From positions 544,001 to 608,000 of the forward strand of contig CAWGMQ010000011.1 of NCBI GenBank assembly GCA_963823665.1: a DNA stretch of 64,000 nucleotides. Reading direction: 5' to 3'. Every line of letters starts with the position of its first letter. Position 1 is the first letter of the stretch. The translations under genes were made by a program, and so were the position numbers. The stretch comes from an uncultured Planctomycetota bacterium (GTDB lineage: Bacteria > Planctomycetota > Planctomycetia > Isosphaerales > Isosphaeraceae). Below the pieces are notes generated by a model. It was not told the DNA's origin and did no database searches. It saw only the letters and a list, made by a program, of their open reading frames with translations. Positions 20,577 to 32,130 of this stretch are shown piece by piece.

Positions 20577-21646
20577 GTCCCGGATGCGCACTCGAGTGCA
20601 AGCGTGATGAACTTGGGAAGCATTGCAATCAACTCGCGAGCGAACACGTCGAACTCGATCGGTTCGTTCCGGCCGACGATCGGTAGGAAACGCGCTCTCT
20701 CGGCGGCTTCGACGTCTGAGACCAGTGAGCGACGTGCCCGGAGAGTTGTCGATCCATCGAGAGTCGTCAATCGGATTGTGCTTCGGTGCTCAAGCACCGG
20801 CTTTCTCAGGAACGTGCCGACACGCAGCTTGACGGCCAGCGCGATGTCCGCGTGAGTCTCCTCGAGGATTTTCCGCTGGGCAGCCTCTCGACTGCGAGTG
20901 GTTCCCTGCAAGACACCCAGCCCGGGTGCCGCGAAAGTCCGGGTGTGCAACACACGCCCGATGTCACTTCCGATTGGGTTAAGCACCATGAGTGGTGACG
21001 ACTTGACGAAAGGCTTCTTGCGCAATTCCCTGTACGCGGGACTCGCGAGCAAGTCGGAGTCGCGGACAGGCTCCAGCCTTCGATTGCGGAGGTCCTTCAC
21101 GAAGGCCGCATAGAGCTCGGACGCCAAAGCTTCCTGCTGCTCCTCGGGCATCTGCGTGTTCTTGCGCCCCACCCCGATCACCTGAAGGGCCCCGCTGGGG
21201 ATCATCACGAGGGGCGCAACGGGCATCACCACGAAGGCCGCGACAGGGTACACAACGGAGGTTAAAGACAGCGCCGTGTTCGGCATGAGCTTGAACATCG
21301 GCTGCCGCTCCAGCGCCGGCTGGAACTGGAGGTCCACCAGCTCGACCTCAAACTCCGTGACGACCACCCGCCTGCCCTTTGCGAGGGCTGCCCCCGGCTC
21401 GAGCGGTCCCTCGCGTTTCCAGTAGCCGGCCGGGACCACAGACTCGTCAGCACGTGCGGGAACCGCGTTGACCGATGCTGCTTTTGGCGGCGGATCCGCC
21501 AGTACTTCCGAAGCTCGTCGCGGCGGGCTAAAGCACCCGGGCACGAGAGACAGAACGAGCAGGGCACCGACGCGCGCCGAAAGGCCCCGAGCTCGTTCGC
21601 GACGGCATGACGGGTTTATCACTGGCACCCTTCCGGATCGATTCAT
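20573..21646 (-). CDS. Hypothetical exported protein, possibly a lipoprotein
   Basis: 357-aa ORF; hydrophobic segment ending VPGC. Confidence 0.65.
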   Translation of the reverse strand: MNRSGRVPVINPSCRRERARGLSARVGALLVLSLVPGCFSPPRRASEVLADPPPKAASVNAVPARADESVVPAGYWKREGPLEPGAALAKGRRVVVTEFEVELVDLQFQPALERQPMFKLMPNTALSLTSVVYPVAAFVVMPVAPLVMIPSGALQVIGVGRKNTQMPEEQQEALASELYAAFVKDLRNRRLEPVRDSDLLASPAYRELRKKPFVKSSPLMVLNPIGSDIGRVLHTRTFAAPGLGVLQGTTRSREAAQRKILEETHADIALAVKLRVGTFLRKPVLEHRSTIRLTTLDGSTTLRARRSLVSDVEAAERARFLPIVGRNEPIEFDVFARELIAMLPKFITLALECASGT

Positions 21647-22185
21647 CCCTGATTCTCCGGATCAAACCCACGCTCTATAGACAAGGAACAGTACGGCCCA
21701 GTTTGCGACGGCGCCCGCGAAGAGTACCCGATCTCATCAAAAACGCATATTCGTCTTGTTGACATTGTCAATTTTTAACCGCCCATGCATGGTGCTCGGC
21801 ACTCGAGCTCACCTCACCTAGCTAGATCTTGCTCGCGCGCTAGACCTGACGCCCGCTCACCGAATGAAACTCGTCGCAATCGAATGCGCTTTCTGGACCG
21901 CGATCCCTTGGGTGTAGTACACTTAATTCGCCGCGCTCAACCGTCACGTGACTGCTCTTGCGGTTACCCCGAGATCCAACGTTCTCTGTTCCACGGGATC
22001 GCGACTATGGCAGTGGTCGGACGGCGAACCGTTGCTCGCGTCGTTGAACAGTGTTCTCGTGGCTCTTCGACGCCATGATCTGGATGAGAGACCGGGCGAC
22101 GAGACGTTACCTGCCCGTCAGAGGGCGAGGGATTTGGCCGTTGGTCGTCGCTTGATGAGAATCTTTCCACTCGGGAGGGCCGCTG

Positions 22186-23364
22186 TTGGCCATGGCCAGG
22201 AAGTCGAGCCAAGAGCGAGTGCAGGCGACGCAAGACGGGCGATCCGAGCGAGCCGATTCCTTCGATATTGGCGACACGGTCGAGGTGCAATTTCGAGTCG
22301 TCGAGGGAGGGAACGAGCGGATCGAGATCTTCAATGGCGTCGTCGTCCAGCGGTCGGGGCATGGGTTGCACGAGATGTTCACGGTTCGCCGCATTGTTCA
22401 GGGCGAAGGTGTCGAGCGCCGGTTCAAATTGCATTCGCCATGGATCGCCGACGTCGCTGTGAAAAGGTCGGGCAAGGTGCGGCGCACCAGGCTCTATTAC
22501 CTCCGTGACAGGTCGGGGAAGGCCGTTCGGCTCAAGGAGCGCTTCTCCTACACAACCGGCGCTGACGCCAAAGCCGCCAAAGCCGAGCGCAGAGCCGCCC
22601 GAGCCGCCCGGAAAGCCAGCAAGGTAGAGGCCGAAGTAGCACCGTCAAGTAAAACGAAGCAGCCCAAGGAGGCGTCCCATCGAACGGCCAGTGCGAGCGA
22701 TGCCGGGCCGGCAGAGTCCGAAGGGACGGTCGCGGGATCGTCGATTGACGCCGTATTCGTCCCCGGTAAGTCGCCATACCGGCTAAAGCAGTCTATCGCG
22801 CTCACCGTGGTCGAAACCCGGTCAGGAGTGACCATCCGAAGCGCTGATCTGGGCCTCGAGCGCGACTTAGTCGGTCGTGGACCAGATTGGAACTCCGCGA
22901 TGAATGACTTCGGGCGCAGGTTCGACTTACTGGTCGAGAATAATTGGGCTCTACCGCCTCATAGCATGACACTCAAGAACCGTCGTATTGCCAGCATCCT
23001 CGACAGCGTCGTGGATTGGAAGCGCCACGACGACGAGAATCCTTTGGTGCAGCCCATGTGGGGCCGGCTCCAAGGGCGCCTTGCAGATGGGGCTTTGACC
23101 ATCCATTGGCTAATCGGTCCGAATGGGGATCGCGATGCCGAAGGCGGCCTGCACACGCGAGATGTTCCCGAGGCGCTCGCCGAGCTCGACACGGGCCAGT
23201 GGTTCTACGGCACGGCCAAGTGCTATCCGGATCACATTGAGTGGATCGAGCAGCCCAGCGTTGTTCCGGACCCGAGCGACTCTGAGGGCAGGCGTGCGGT
23301 CTGGGACAGCATGCGGAAGGTCCAGGCCAATCAGCCAGGCTGCTGGCCCGTGAAGCCGCGCTGA
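22186..23364 (+). CDS. rplS: Ribosomal protein L19 (bL19) domain fused to a ~200-aa uncharacterised C-terminal region
   Basis: FDIGDTVEV..VVEG..ERI..F.GVV...FTVRRIVQGEGVERRF.LHSP.I..V.V.RSGKVRR.RLYYLRDRSGKA; Lys/Ala linker; extra domain in the same frame. Confidence 0.85.
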   Translation: MAMARKSSQERVQATQDGRSERADSFDIGDTVEVQFRVVEGGNERIEIFNGVVVQRSGHGLHEMFTVRRIVQGEGVERRFKLHSPWIADVAVKRSGKVRRTRLYYLRDRSGKAVRLKERFSYTTGADAKAAKAERRAARAARKASKVEAEVAPSSKTKQPKEASHRTASASDAGPAESEGTVAGSSIDAVFVPGKSPYRLKQSIALTVVETRSGVTIRSADLGLERDLVGRGPDWNSAMNDFGRRFDLLVENNWALPPHSMTLKNRRIASILDSVVDWKRHDDENPLVQPMWGRLQGRLADGALTIHWLIGPNGDRDAEGGLHTRDVPEALAELDTGQWFYGTAKCYPDHIEWIEQPSVVPDPSDSEGRRAVWDSMRKVQANQPGCWPVKPR

Positions 23365-23391
23365 TTCGGAGCGGGGAGCGGACGAGTAACC

Positions 23392-24435
23392 ATGGCGATC
23401 AGTTTGTATTGTCTGGATGTCGGCCAGGGCCAATGCATAGTGTTGATGGCCCAATCGGCCGAGGGAAACCAGGCCGCCTTGATCGATGTCGGCGTGGACG
23501 GGAAGCGGTTGGCCCGATGGCTGAAACGCATCAAAGTCCGGCGCATTCCGCTGGTTGTGTTGACGCACAATCATAGCGACCACATCAAGGGACTCGCTGC
23601 TCTGGTCGAGGAATTCGCATCGAAAGTCGGCGATATCCGATTCGTCATCGATCAGCCTCCAGAGCAACTTCCTTTCTGGTCGCCAATCCAGGCATGGCGT
23701 GCCGCCGGTAAGATCGGGTCGGCCAGCGTCGTCTATCCGCCGGACACGTTTGAGGCCGGGACGGGTCACCCCCTTCTCAGCCGCGACCTAGGGGGATTCC
23801 AGCTCTACTGCACCTATCCGACCATCTTCGAGGCCGAGGCAGTTGTCCGCGAAGCCCCGCTGCTGGGTACTCAGCCCGGCGGCAGCGTGAATGCCGTGAG
23901 CACGGTAGTGCGACTGGCCAGAACTGCTGAACCACACCGGACGATTGCCCTTTTTGGCGGCGATCTCACCTTTCGAGGATGGCAGCGCCTTGACGAGAAA
24001 GGTTACGACCTGTCCACCAACCTGCTTGTCGTCCCGCACCATGGCTCGAGTTTCGGTGCCAGCCGGGCGTTTGGGCCCCGACACCTAGCACGCCTCTCTG
24101 AGCCCAAATATGCCCTGTTCTCCGTCGGCACCGAGAATTCGTTTGGGCACCCCCGCAGGGATGTCGTTCGCGCTTTTTGCGAAGTGCGGGCGACGGTGCT
24201 CTGCACTCAAATCACGCATCAGTGCGTGCGCAGGCCCAAGCAACTCCCCGGTCAAACTGTGCGGACAGCCACGCCGGGGGAGCCTGACCTGGTTTCGATC
24301 GGAGTGCGCTGCGCAGGCACAATCATGATCGAAATCCCCGACGTGGGTTCGCCAAGAGTGGTTGGTCTTCGGGAACATCGGAGAGCGGTCGACCGCCTGC
24401 CTCGAACCGCGGACTGCCCGATGTGTCGCCCTTGA
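23392..24435 (+). CDS. Stand-alone ComEC/Rec2-like metallo-beta-lactamase-fold hydrolase (putative nuclease)
   Basis: LDVGQG, LIDVG, THNHSDHIKG, GGD, PHHGS, SVGTENSFGHP; Cys-rich tail; no membrane domain. Confidence 0.88.
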   Translation: MAISLYCLDVGQGQCIVLMAQSAEGNQAALIDVGVDGKRLARWLKRIKVRRIPLVVLTHNHSDHIKGLAALVEEFASKVGDIRFVIDQPPEQLPFWSPIQAWRAAGKIGSASVVYPPDTFEAGTGHPLLSRDLGGFQLYCTYPTIFEAEAVVREAPLLGTQPGGSVNAVSTVVRLARTAEPHRTIALFGGDLTFRGWQRLDEKGYDLSTNLLVVPHHGSSFGASRAFGPRHLARLSEPKYALFSVGTENSFGHPRRDVVRAFCEVRATVLCTQITHQCVRRPKQLPGQTVRTATPGEPDLVSIGVRCAGTIMIEIPDVGSPRVVGLREHRRAVDRLPRTADCPMCRP

Positions 24436-24473
24436 GTTCCCCCAGATTGGTGACTCGCAATCCGCGTCCGTCG

Positions 24474-24737
24474 GGACAACCGTCCGAGGAGGAGGAGCCA
24501 GGGGGAGCCAGACACCCAATCTCTGGACAACCGTCCGAGGAGCCGAGGAGCCAGAGGAGCCAGACACCCAATCTCTGGTTCCGAGGAGAAGCCAGGGAAT
24601 CCAGGCACCCATCCTTTTCTCACGGTCTTCCATATCCATTCATTCGCAGCTCGCACGTTCGGCGCAAAACCACGGCCTCTGGTCACTTCGAACACCCATA
24701 ACGCGAGTGTCCGACGCTCCGCAAGAGGTGGGTGTCT
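24474..24737 (+). repeat. Hairpin repeat R6 with sub-repeats; right arm ends at the intron insertion point
   Basis: GGAGCCAGACACCCAATCTCTGG twice; left arm at 24595; GGTGGGTGTCT followed by GTGCG instead of GACATCCC. Confidence 0.85.
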
Positions 24738-24833
24738 GTGCGTCGTTGGCTCGGTGTCACCGCGTTTGCGCCTGAATCTCTCGCCTGAATCGGCTCCTGA
24801 GCCCTGTGTCAAACAATTCCGGCCCCGGCAAAC

Positions 24834-26613
24834 TCACGAGCCGTCGAAGAGGTCGCTATAGGCGGTCGTGGCCTTGTTGCCTTTGATACTGGTGGCCACG
24901 AGGCTCAGGGCGTGGTCAAAGGCGTAAATCCCGCCGCCCTGTCCCAGCACAGTGCCATCGGCCTTGTTGCCGATGACCGCGCAGACATCCAGGCTCATTG
25001 TGCTAGCGACGGAATAGATGCCACCGCCGTAGGCAGTCGAGCCGTCAGTCTGGTTGGCGTAGACGATGCAGAACCTGAGCGACAGGTCGCTGTTCGCGCA
25101 GTCGATCCCGCCGCCTGAGGCGATGCCGGTTGACTTGACCTGGTTGGAGTTGATCGTGGAGCCGAAGATCGTCGCGCTGCCGCCGGTCGTGCTGATACCG
25201 CCTCCCGCGGACGACGCCTGGTTCCCGCTCACGTCGCTGGACGCGACGGTGAGCGTACCGGTATTGGCAATGCCGCCGCCGACCGTCGCGGAATTGTCGT
25301 CAATGTTCGTGCCCGTCACGTTGGTCGCGCCGTAAACGGTGTTGTCAAGTCCGCCGCCACCACCGCTGGCCGAGTTGCCGCTGACGATGCAGTCGACCAG
25401 GTTGGTCGTGCCGCTCAAGTTGTAACCGGGAAGACCGCAGGTATACGCCCCGCCGCCGCCCCCGGCCGAATTGCCACTGATCCTGGTGTTGATCGCCGTG
25501 GTCGTGCCAAAGGTCGTGACCAGGCCGCCGCCATCGGTCGCGGCAGAGTTATTGCTAACGGTGCAGTTGTTCAAGATCGTCAACCCTTTCTGCGTCTGAT
25601 CGCCGCCGAAAAGACTGAACGTGCCCTGCGTGGCCACGCCGGCGCCGTTGCCGGCGGAGTTGCCGGTGATGGCGCAGCCAGTCAGCGTGAGGGTGCCCAC
25701 CTTGCCACCACCATAAAGCGTCGTGCCGCAGAACGCTCCGCCCCCTTCGCCGTTGGCCGAGTTGCCGCTGACGGTGCAGTTGATCAGCGTCGTCGTGGCA
25801 TAGTTAGCCACGCCGCCGCCGAAGCCAAGAGAACCGGTGGCTTGATTGCCGCTGATGGTGCATTTGGCCAGGATGGTGACAGCCGTGGAGTTTTCGAAGC
25901 CGCCGGTGTACACCCCGCCGCCGAATGCGTATGCGGAGTTGCCGCTGACGGTGCAATCGGCCAGCGTGGCCTTGCCGCCATTGTAGATCCCGCCGCCGGA
26001 ATAGGCGGAATTCCCGCTCAAGTTGCAACCGGTCATGGTCAGCGTGGCATCGGGGGCATAGGAGTAATTGCCGTTGGCGACGCCCCCGCCGCCTGGGCTG
26101 AAGCTAAAGCCGCCGGTGGAATTGCCGGTGACGGTGCAGTCGGTCATTGTCGCCGTGCCGAGGTTGAGCACGCCGCCGCCCACGCCACTCGAGTCTCGCA
26201 TTGCCGTCGCTGATCGTCAGTCGTGAGAGGGACGCCGTGACCAGCTCATCGATCTGGAACACGCGGCTGAGGCCGCCGCCGCTGATCGTCACGCCACCCG
26301 CTGGGCCTCGGATCGTCACCGCCTCGTTCGGTGTGCTCAGCTCGAGCTGGGTGCCGGAGAGAGTGATCGTCTGCGGCTTGTCGAAGACGGTGCCGTCGAA
26401 ATCGATCGTGCTCGCCCCCCCGGCCGCATTCGCCAGGCCGATCGCCTGGCGCAGATCGATTTCGCCGATCACGGGCGTATCGGTCGGGTTGTTCACGGTA
26501 AACGTGGACAGCAAGCGCCGGTCCTCGAGCGCGAGCAACGTCGGACGCGCCCGCCGGCCCTCGACTGTTCCCCGCCCGCGATTTCGCTCATCTCTGGCAC
26601 TGTCGTAGCGCAT
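24834..26613 (-). CDS. Extracellular beta-helix (Pmp/pectin-lyase-like) repeat protein with LEPR-XLL-type motif; frameshift near 26190
   Basis: LLALEDRRLLS motif; many SGNSA..GGG repeats; two ORFs form one continuous protein. Confidence 0.75.
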
Positions 26614-27113
26614 CGTGCTCTCCTGGGGTGTTGAACTTTTGTGATGAACAACCTCTCTTACGCCCTGCACGAGTGCCTCGAATCCCTCGCGTCCCCATGG
26701 CGCAGGGGTCCACACATCCGGCGCCTGCCGGTCATCCCAGCGAATGGCGCCGGCTGCGAGCGCGGTGCCGCTGTCGATGGATCGGGGCGTTCGCGCAGGG
26801 ATCGGGCTCAAAGGCCCTGACCGGGTGAAAACGCTCGACCAAACCCGAAAACTCAGGGAAGCGCCTGCCGCGTGTCCGGCGCGGCGATGAATAGAGACCT
26901 TCGCGATTTCGAATTAACGGACAGGGTTTCCGGGAAAATTCCAGATTTTCCCCGTCGGTCGTTTCGAGCAGGGTGCCGGGGCCGCACCCGGCGTGCAACT
27001 CCTGGCGCTACCGACGCGGTACCGTGCGATCCCCTTACTCATACTCCTGCTCCTGCTCTCACTTCCGCTTTCTCCATCAATCATCCAACCCGGTTCGCAC
27101 AGACGAAGTGCCA

Positions 27114-28068
27114 GGAGGAGCCAGACGCCCAATCTCTGGTTCCCAGGAGGAGCCGGGGAATCCAGACACCCATCGTTTTATCAGGGAATCCAGACACCCA
27201 TCGTTTTATCACGGTCCCCCCCATCCATTCACTCGCGGCTCGCAAGTTCGGTGCAAAACCACGGCCGCCGGTCATTTCGAACACGCAGAAGGCGAGTGCC
27301 CGACGCTCGGCAAAAGGTGGGTGTCTTTGCGTCAGGAAAAGCTCGAGAAAGGAGGAAGTGCCTCGAAACACAGAAACCTTTCATCGCAACCCTGCGGGTT
27401 AACGAATCCCGCCCGGCAGAGCCTGGCCGGCAGCCGGAAGCAAGTCTTGCGTGGGGAGGGGTGACCCTCACTGCGAAGCGTAGACAGCGAGTCCACATGC
27501 CATGCTATCGAGCCCCGAAATACTCATCGTGGGAGCCTCCGTTGTAGACACAAGCGGGGGCCGCGTCGACACGCCGCAATGGCCTGGCGTGTTCGGTCCT
27601 GCCGGGGTCCAAGAACATGGCGCAGGGACGCGAGGGTTGCTCGGGATCCTGAGAGCCCCATCCGTCTCCACTGACATTTCCGGCTCGGGAACCGGAATAC
27701 CAACTCCCCGGCCCACGACCCCGCGTCGGGTCGCTGGGAGCGAACAAGACGCAAGGGTGGTATCGCAACATGAAGGCAACGAAATGTGACGAAAGGGGCG
27801 GATGGGAGTCGGAGTGCTCCGTAGTAGCAGTGAAGCGGGGGAATGGGCCCTCCCAGACCCTGTGGAGCGAAGGGGGCACCGTGTCGTGGACTGGACGCCG
27901 GAACCACGCCGAGGGCATTGGACCTCAAAGCGTGTGACCGTAAGGCAGCCAGATCGTGAGAGGGACAGCGACGCCGCGACATGACGAGCCGGATGCCTTA
28001 ATTGGGCACGTCCGGATCAGTGGGAGCCCTGGCGGAGCGATCCGCCAGGGCGACCCGGCGACATCCCC
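27114..28068 (+). repeat. Hairpin repeat R7 (split by intron)
   Basis: Sub-repeat, duplicated GGGAATCCAGACACCCATCG left arms, right arm split at 27326/28060. Confidence 0.9.
27327..28059 (+). mobile_element. ORF-less group II intron, copy 4 (733 nt, the most divergent)
   Basis: Same ends and domains as the other copies, with several substitutions. Confidence 0.92.
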
Positions 28069-28441
28069 GCGTGAAATTTATGCCGATAGCGGCATAACTT
28101 TCATAATGCCGCCTTCCGGATTACGCCGACTGGGGTTCGCATGGTGATGCGACCTCCGGCGCATCGCGCGGGTCCTTCACGGCCTTGAGATATGGTGCCA
28201 TCCACGGGATTGTGAATGATGCAAAGAGCGTCGCGGAACGCTATCATTCGGAGGATGGACCGTGCTGGAACTTTGACCATCAATCGGTCACTCAGAGGAC
28301 GCTCGTGCGGCTGTCCAATGTGTAAAGGGTGAATATCCCCCTCGCATCAACGACATCCGAGACGAGGGTTAAGGACTTACGTCACACTTCCAATGTAAGG
28401 CCTGATCCAGAAACGAGAATTCACGGACGGAGCGGCTCGCA

Positions 28442-29041
28442 ATGCGCATGAAGTCTTCTCGCAAACTCACCGTGTTGGACGCCATGATTCTCGTCGGAGC
28501 AACAGCATCCGCGCTTGCGGTGATGCGTAGTCAATGGCCGACCGACTTAGGGATTCAGGACACATACACGGATTCAACCCACGCTTTGAGGTTGTCAAAC
28601 TTATTAATGATCATAAGGCATCACGTGTATTTTGCATCTTACATGATCGCGATGTGGACCTTGTCCTGCTTGATCCTCCGACTACGCCAGCCACGACCTG
28701 CTCTCCGCTTGCTGACCCGCGAGCCCGGGATGGTAGCCTGCATTGCGGCAGTGATCGTCATGGCCATCAGGATGATCAACTTTGGCAGTTTGATGAGTGT
28801 GCTCTCAATTGACGGCGTGAATTCCGTAGCTGGACTAACCGTGCTGGATCTCTTTCCTGATCACTTCATCAATATTCCCTCGGAAATCGGTTGTGCGGTG
28901 ACGGCGGCATGGATTATCCAGGCGATCAGCGGTCGATGGCGCTGCGAACCAAACTGGATCGACCGCGCGGGTCGTAGTATCGGAGCTTTCTGGATCGCAA
29001 CCATTCCGTTCGCCTGGTTTTCAGTTCACTGGTCCGGATGA
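28442..29041 (+). CDS. Hypothetical membrane protein
   Basis: 199 aa, multiple TM segments, EPNWIDRAGR motif; visibly lower GC. Confidence 0.75.
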   Translation: MRMKSSRKLTVLDAMILVGATASALAVMRSQWPTDLGIQDTYTDSTHALRLSNLLMIIRHHVYFASYMIAMWTLSCLILRLRQPRPALRLLTREPGMVACIAAVIVMAIRMINFGSLMSVLSIDGVNSVAGLTVLDLFPDHFINIPSEIGCAVTAAWIIQAISGRWRCEPNWIDRAGRSIGAFWIATIPFAWFSVHWSG

Positions 29042-29097
29042 AAAAGGCGTGCGATGATGCACCCATTAGCGGCTCGTGAACCCGTTGTCGGCGACTT

Positions 29098-29649
29098 TTA
29101 TGCGTGTTCGGACCGGCCGTCTTCCGCGGCGGTGAGTCGGCCCAAGACCATTCCGATCAAGCCGAACATGATGGCCGCTAAACAATGGCCGATTCGGCGG
29201 AACTGGAAGGCGTCAGGAGGGGACACAAGGGGCCCTGGAACCAGCCCTCCGCCCATCCCCCCGCCCATGCCCTTCATCGTGAACCGCGGAAACAGCTCCT
29301 CTCCTGGTGAACCGGTGTCCATCCGACCGACAGACCAGAGTTTGGAATCCCAGTAGTCGAGCCCCCACCGGGTCACGTAGGGCGGTGCCGTCACCCCATT
29401 GACGGTCGCCCACGGTCCGAACGTCGTCCCGAGGTAGATCCATCCGAAGAGGGCGAAGCCGGCCCAGGTCATCCGGGCTCGCCCCCGGCGTGCCATTGCC
29501 CCAAGGATTGCCGCCGAGAGGACCGCTACGGTGAGCGTGAAGACCGCACTAGCCCAGAGGAGCGAGGCCGACCGTATCGCGGCGAATCCGAGCCCGATGA
29601 AGAACACGGTGGCCATCAACTGGGCGAGGGTGAAGCGGAGGCGCGTCAT
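29098..29649 (-). CDS. Hypothetical membrane protein
   Basis: RLRFTLAQLM N-terminus, WAGFALFGWIYL, FRRIGHCL. Confidence 0.75.
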   Translation of the reverse strand: MTRLRFTLAQLMATVFFIGLGFAAIRSASLLWASAVFTLTVAVLSAAILGAMARRGRARMTWAGFALFGWIYLGTTFGPWATVNGVTAPPYVTRWGLDYWDSKLWSVGRMDTGSPGEELFPRFTMKGMGGGMGGGLVPGPLVSPPDAFQFRRIGHCLAAIMFGLIGMVLGRLTAAEDGRSEHA

Positions 29650-29950
29650 GGGCTCTCTCCCGGAACGAGGGGCGAGGTCAAGGCACCCGGCAATCCCGAA
29701 TCTACGCGACGCCGCAGCTTCTTTCTAGCGAGTGACGTCGGAGGTTGGCGGCCCTTATTCCAGTTTCCTGTTCGTTTGCTATCCTCGGCTACACATTAAG
29801 GGTCAAGTCGCGGGGCGAGACTTACCAGTTCAGGCTGCTATCGACCTCGCGTTGGTGGTGGGGGTGGTGGGACCTGGACCGTTTTTGGTTCGCCGATACA
29901 GCACTTCCCCTGAGAAGGGAGCTCGTAAACCCGGACTGGCGAGGGTCCAA

Positions 29951-30776
29951 GGGGATTCCAGACGCCCACCCTATTGTCATGGTCCCCCGCATCCATTCAT
30001 TCGCGACTCGCGCACTCGGCAAACGGTGGGTGTCTTTGCGTCAGGAAAGCTCGAGAAAGGAGGAAGTGCCTCGAAACACAGAAACCTTTCATCGCGACCC
30101 TGCGGGTTAACGAATCCCGCCCGGCAGAGCCTGGCCGGCAGCCGGAAGCAAGTCTTGCGTGGGGAGGGGTGACCCTCACTGCGAAGCGTAGACAGCGAGT
30201 CTCCATGCCATGCTATCGAGCCCCGAAATACTCATCGTGGGAGCCTCCGTTGTAGACACAAGCGGGGGCCGTGTCGACACGCCGCAATGGCCTGGCGTGT
30301 TCGGTCCTGCCGGGGTCCAAGAACATGGCGCAGGGACGCGAGGGTTGCTCGGGAACCTGAGAGCCCCATCCGTCTCCACTGACATTTCCGGCTCGGGAAC
30401 CGGAATACCAACTCCCCGGCCCACGACCCCGCGTCGGGTCGCTGGGAGCGAACAAGACGCAAGGGTGGTATCGCCAAACGAAGGCAACGAAGTGCGGCGA
30501 AATGGGCGGACGGGAGTCGGAGTGCTCCGTAGTAGCAGTGAAGCGGGGGAATGGGCCCTCCCAGACCCTGTGGAGCGAAGGGGGTACCGTGTCGCGGACT
30601 GGAAGCCGGAACCACGCCGAGGGCATTGGACCTCAGAGCGCGTCACCGCGAGGCGACCAGATCGTGTGAGGGACAGCGACGCCGCGACATGACGAGCCGG
30701 ATGCCTTAATTGGGCACGTCCGGATCAGTGGGAGCCCTGGCGGAGCGATCCGCCAGGGCGACCCGGCGACATCCCC
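29951..30776 (+). repeat. Hairpin repeat R8, internally deleted (split by intron)
   Basis: Both arms present but the central part is missing. Confidence 0.85.
30036..30767 (+). mobile_element. ORF-less group II intron, copy 5 (732 nt)
   Basis: Appears identical to copy 2 by eye. Confidence 0.92.
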
Positions 30777-31121
30777 TTCAGCGACCTTGCCGAGCAGGTA
30801 GCCAAGCTCGTCCCCGTCAAGCCCGGCGACCTCGGCAATCCCGTGGATATTCCGGATCAGGTCCGCTTCAGCGCCGATGACGACCGTGTGTGTTACCTCA
30901 CTCCTCGGCCGGGCGAGAACGAAGCGGTCCCATGAGATGAACAGTTCCTCGATCTTGGGTGTCGTCCAGTCCTCGTCGAGTAGAGCGGCCAGGAGCGCAG
31001 TGAACATTACGCCGGTCTCGATCGGCTTGAGTTTCCGGGCGCAGTCGGCGCGGATCTGGGCGGGGTGTTCGTACGACGACGTGAAGCGGATCATCAAGAT
31101 CCTCGCCACGTGGGGTGCCAA
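30777..31121 (-). pseudogene. Hypothetical gene whose 3' end runs into repeat R8
   Basis: Protein-like ORF (..GLDGDELGYLLGKVAE) continues without a stop into the repeat and intron. Confidence 0.5.
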
Positions 31122-31344
31122 GATCAGCGGCGAACAGTTCCGGGAGCAAACCTCTGCCTATCTTAAGAAACGACCCGCCAGGTGAATCGCGCAATCGGTC
31201 TCCGCACTCGAACGAAATCATCGGCCGCTGTCGCCCGCGGTTCAAAGGCGTGCGTTCTGCCCAGAAGAACGCACATGACTGTAGATCGGCCGGGATCACC
31301 GTCTCAATACGGATTTTGGCTCTTCTGCACGTCCCGATTCACCT

Positions 31345-31893
31345 CTAAAGGTCATCGACGAGTTTTGGCAAATTGCGGAGCCAAACTAAAGGATTGAACG
31401 TTTCCTCGAACGCCCAACCCGCGAAGCTGCATTGCGCAACGAACGTCTCACGAGCAGTATTTCCTGATTTCCAGTGGCGGCCAGGAATGGCTTCCAGCGA
31501 TTCAAACTCGGTCAACACGGCATCGCAACTTATTTTGTTCATCGGCTTTTCACCCAATCGCCACCAGTTGGTGAGTCGGTCAGGGCGAGCTTGATAAAAA
31601 TCCCGCACCTCAGCGCCTTGCGGTGGGGAACTCACCTTGTCCTGCGAAACTAAACGGGCGACTACAGCCTCGACCCTTGGTGATCGATCCGGATGATGGA
31701 AAATCACGCATACGGAGTTACCAGCGCGCAAAAAACCAGTGCCAGCGTGGTGAGTCGCGAACCAAGCGGCTGAATTCGGATCGCGGCGGCACTGTTTCAC
31801 GATGTTTCGTAGTTCCGTGGCAGGGTGAGGCCCGCCATTCATCGACAGCTTTGTTAGAACATGTGAATAATGTTTAACTGAAGTCGCGGCCAT
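31345..31893 (-). CDS. Hypothetical protein (lower GC)
   Basis: 182-aa ORF with GGAG upstream of the ATG. Confidence 0.6.
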   Translation of the reverse strand: MAATSVKHYSHVLTKLSMNGGPHPATELRNIVKQCRRDPNSAAWFATHHAGTGFLRAGNSVCVIFHHPDRSPRVEAVVARLVSQDKVSSPPQGAEVRDFYQARPDRLTNWWRLGEKPMNKISCDAVLTEFESLEAIPGRHWKSGNTARETFVAQCSFAGWAFEETFNPLVWLRNLPKLVDDL

Positions 31894-32130
31894 AAACTGT
31901 TACTCTCCTGGAGTTTTGCTGATTGCGTGAGACAACTTCCGGGATGGCGCACCGGCGAGCCCGCCACGGTCATCTTGACCGACGACGATGTCCCGGGATT
32001 GAGTGAGGTTGAGATCGCGGCCGAATAGACTGCGAGCAGCATTATAACCGATCGGCACAAAACATCCTGGTACGACGGTCCACTGGGCGGTGCTCGCACG
32101 CCGGGCCATACCCTGGTGATCTTTATGCCT

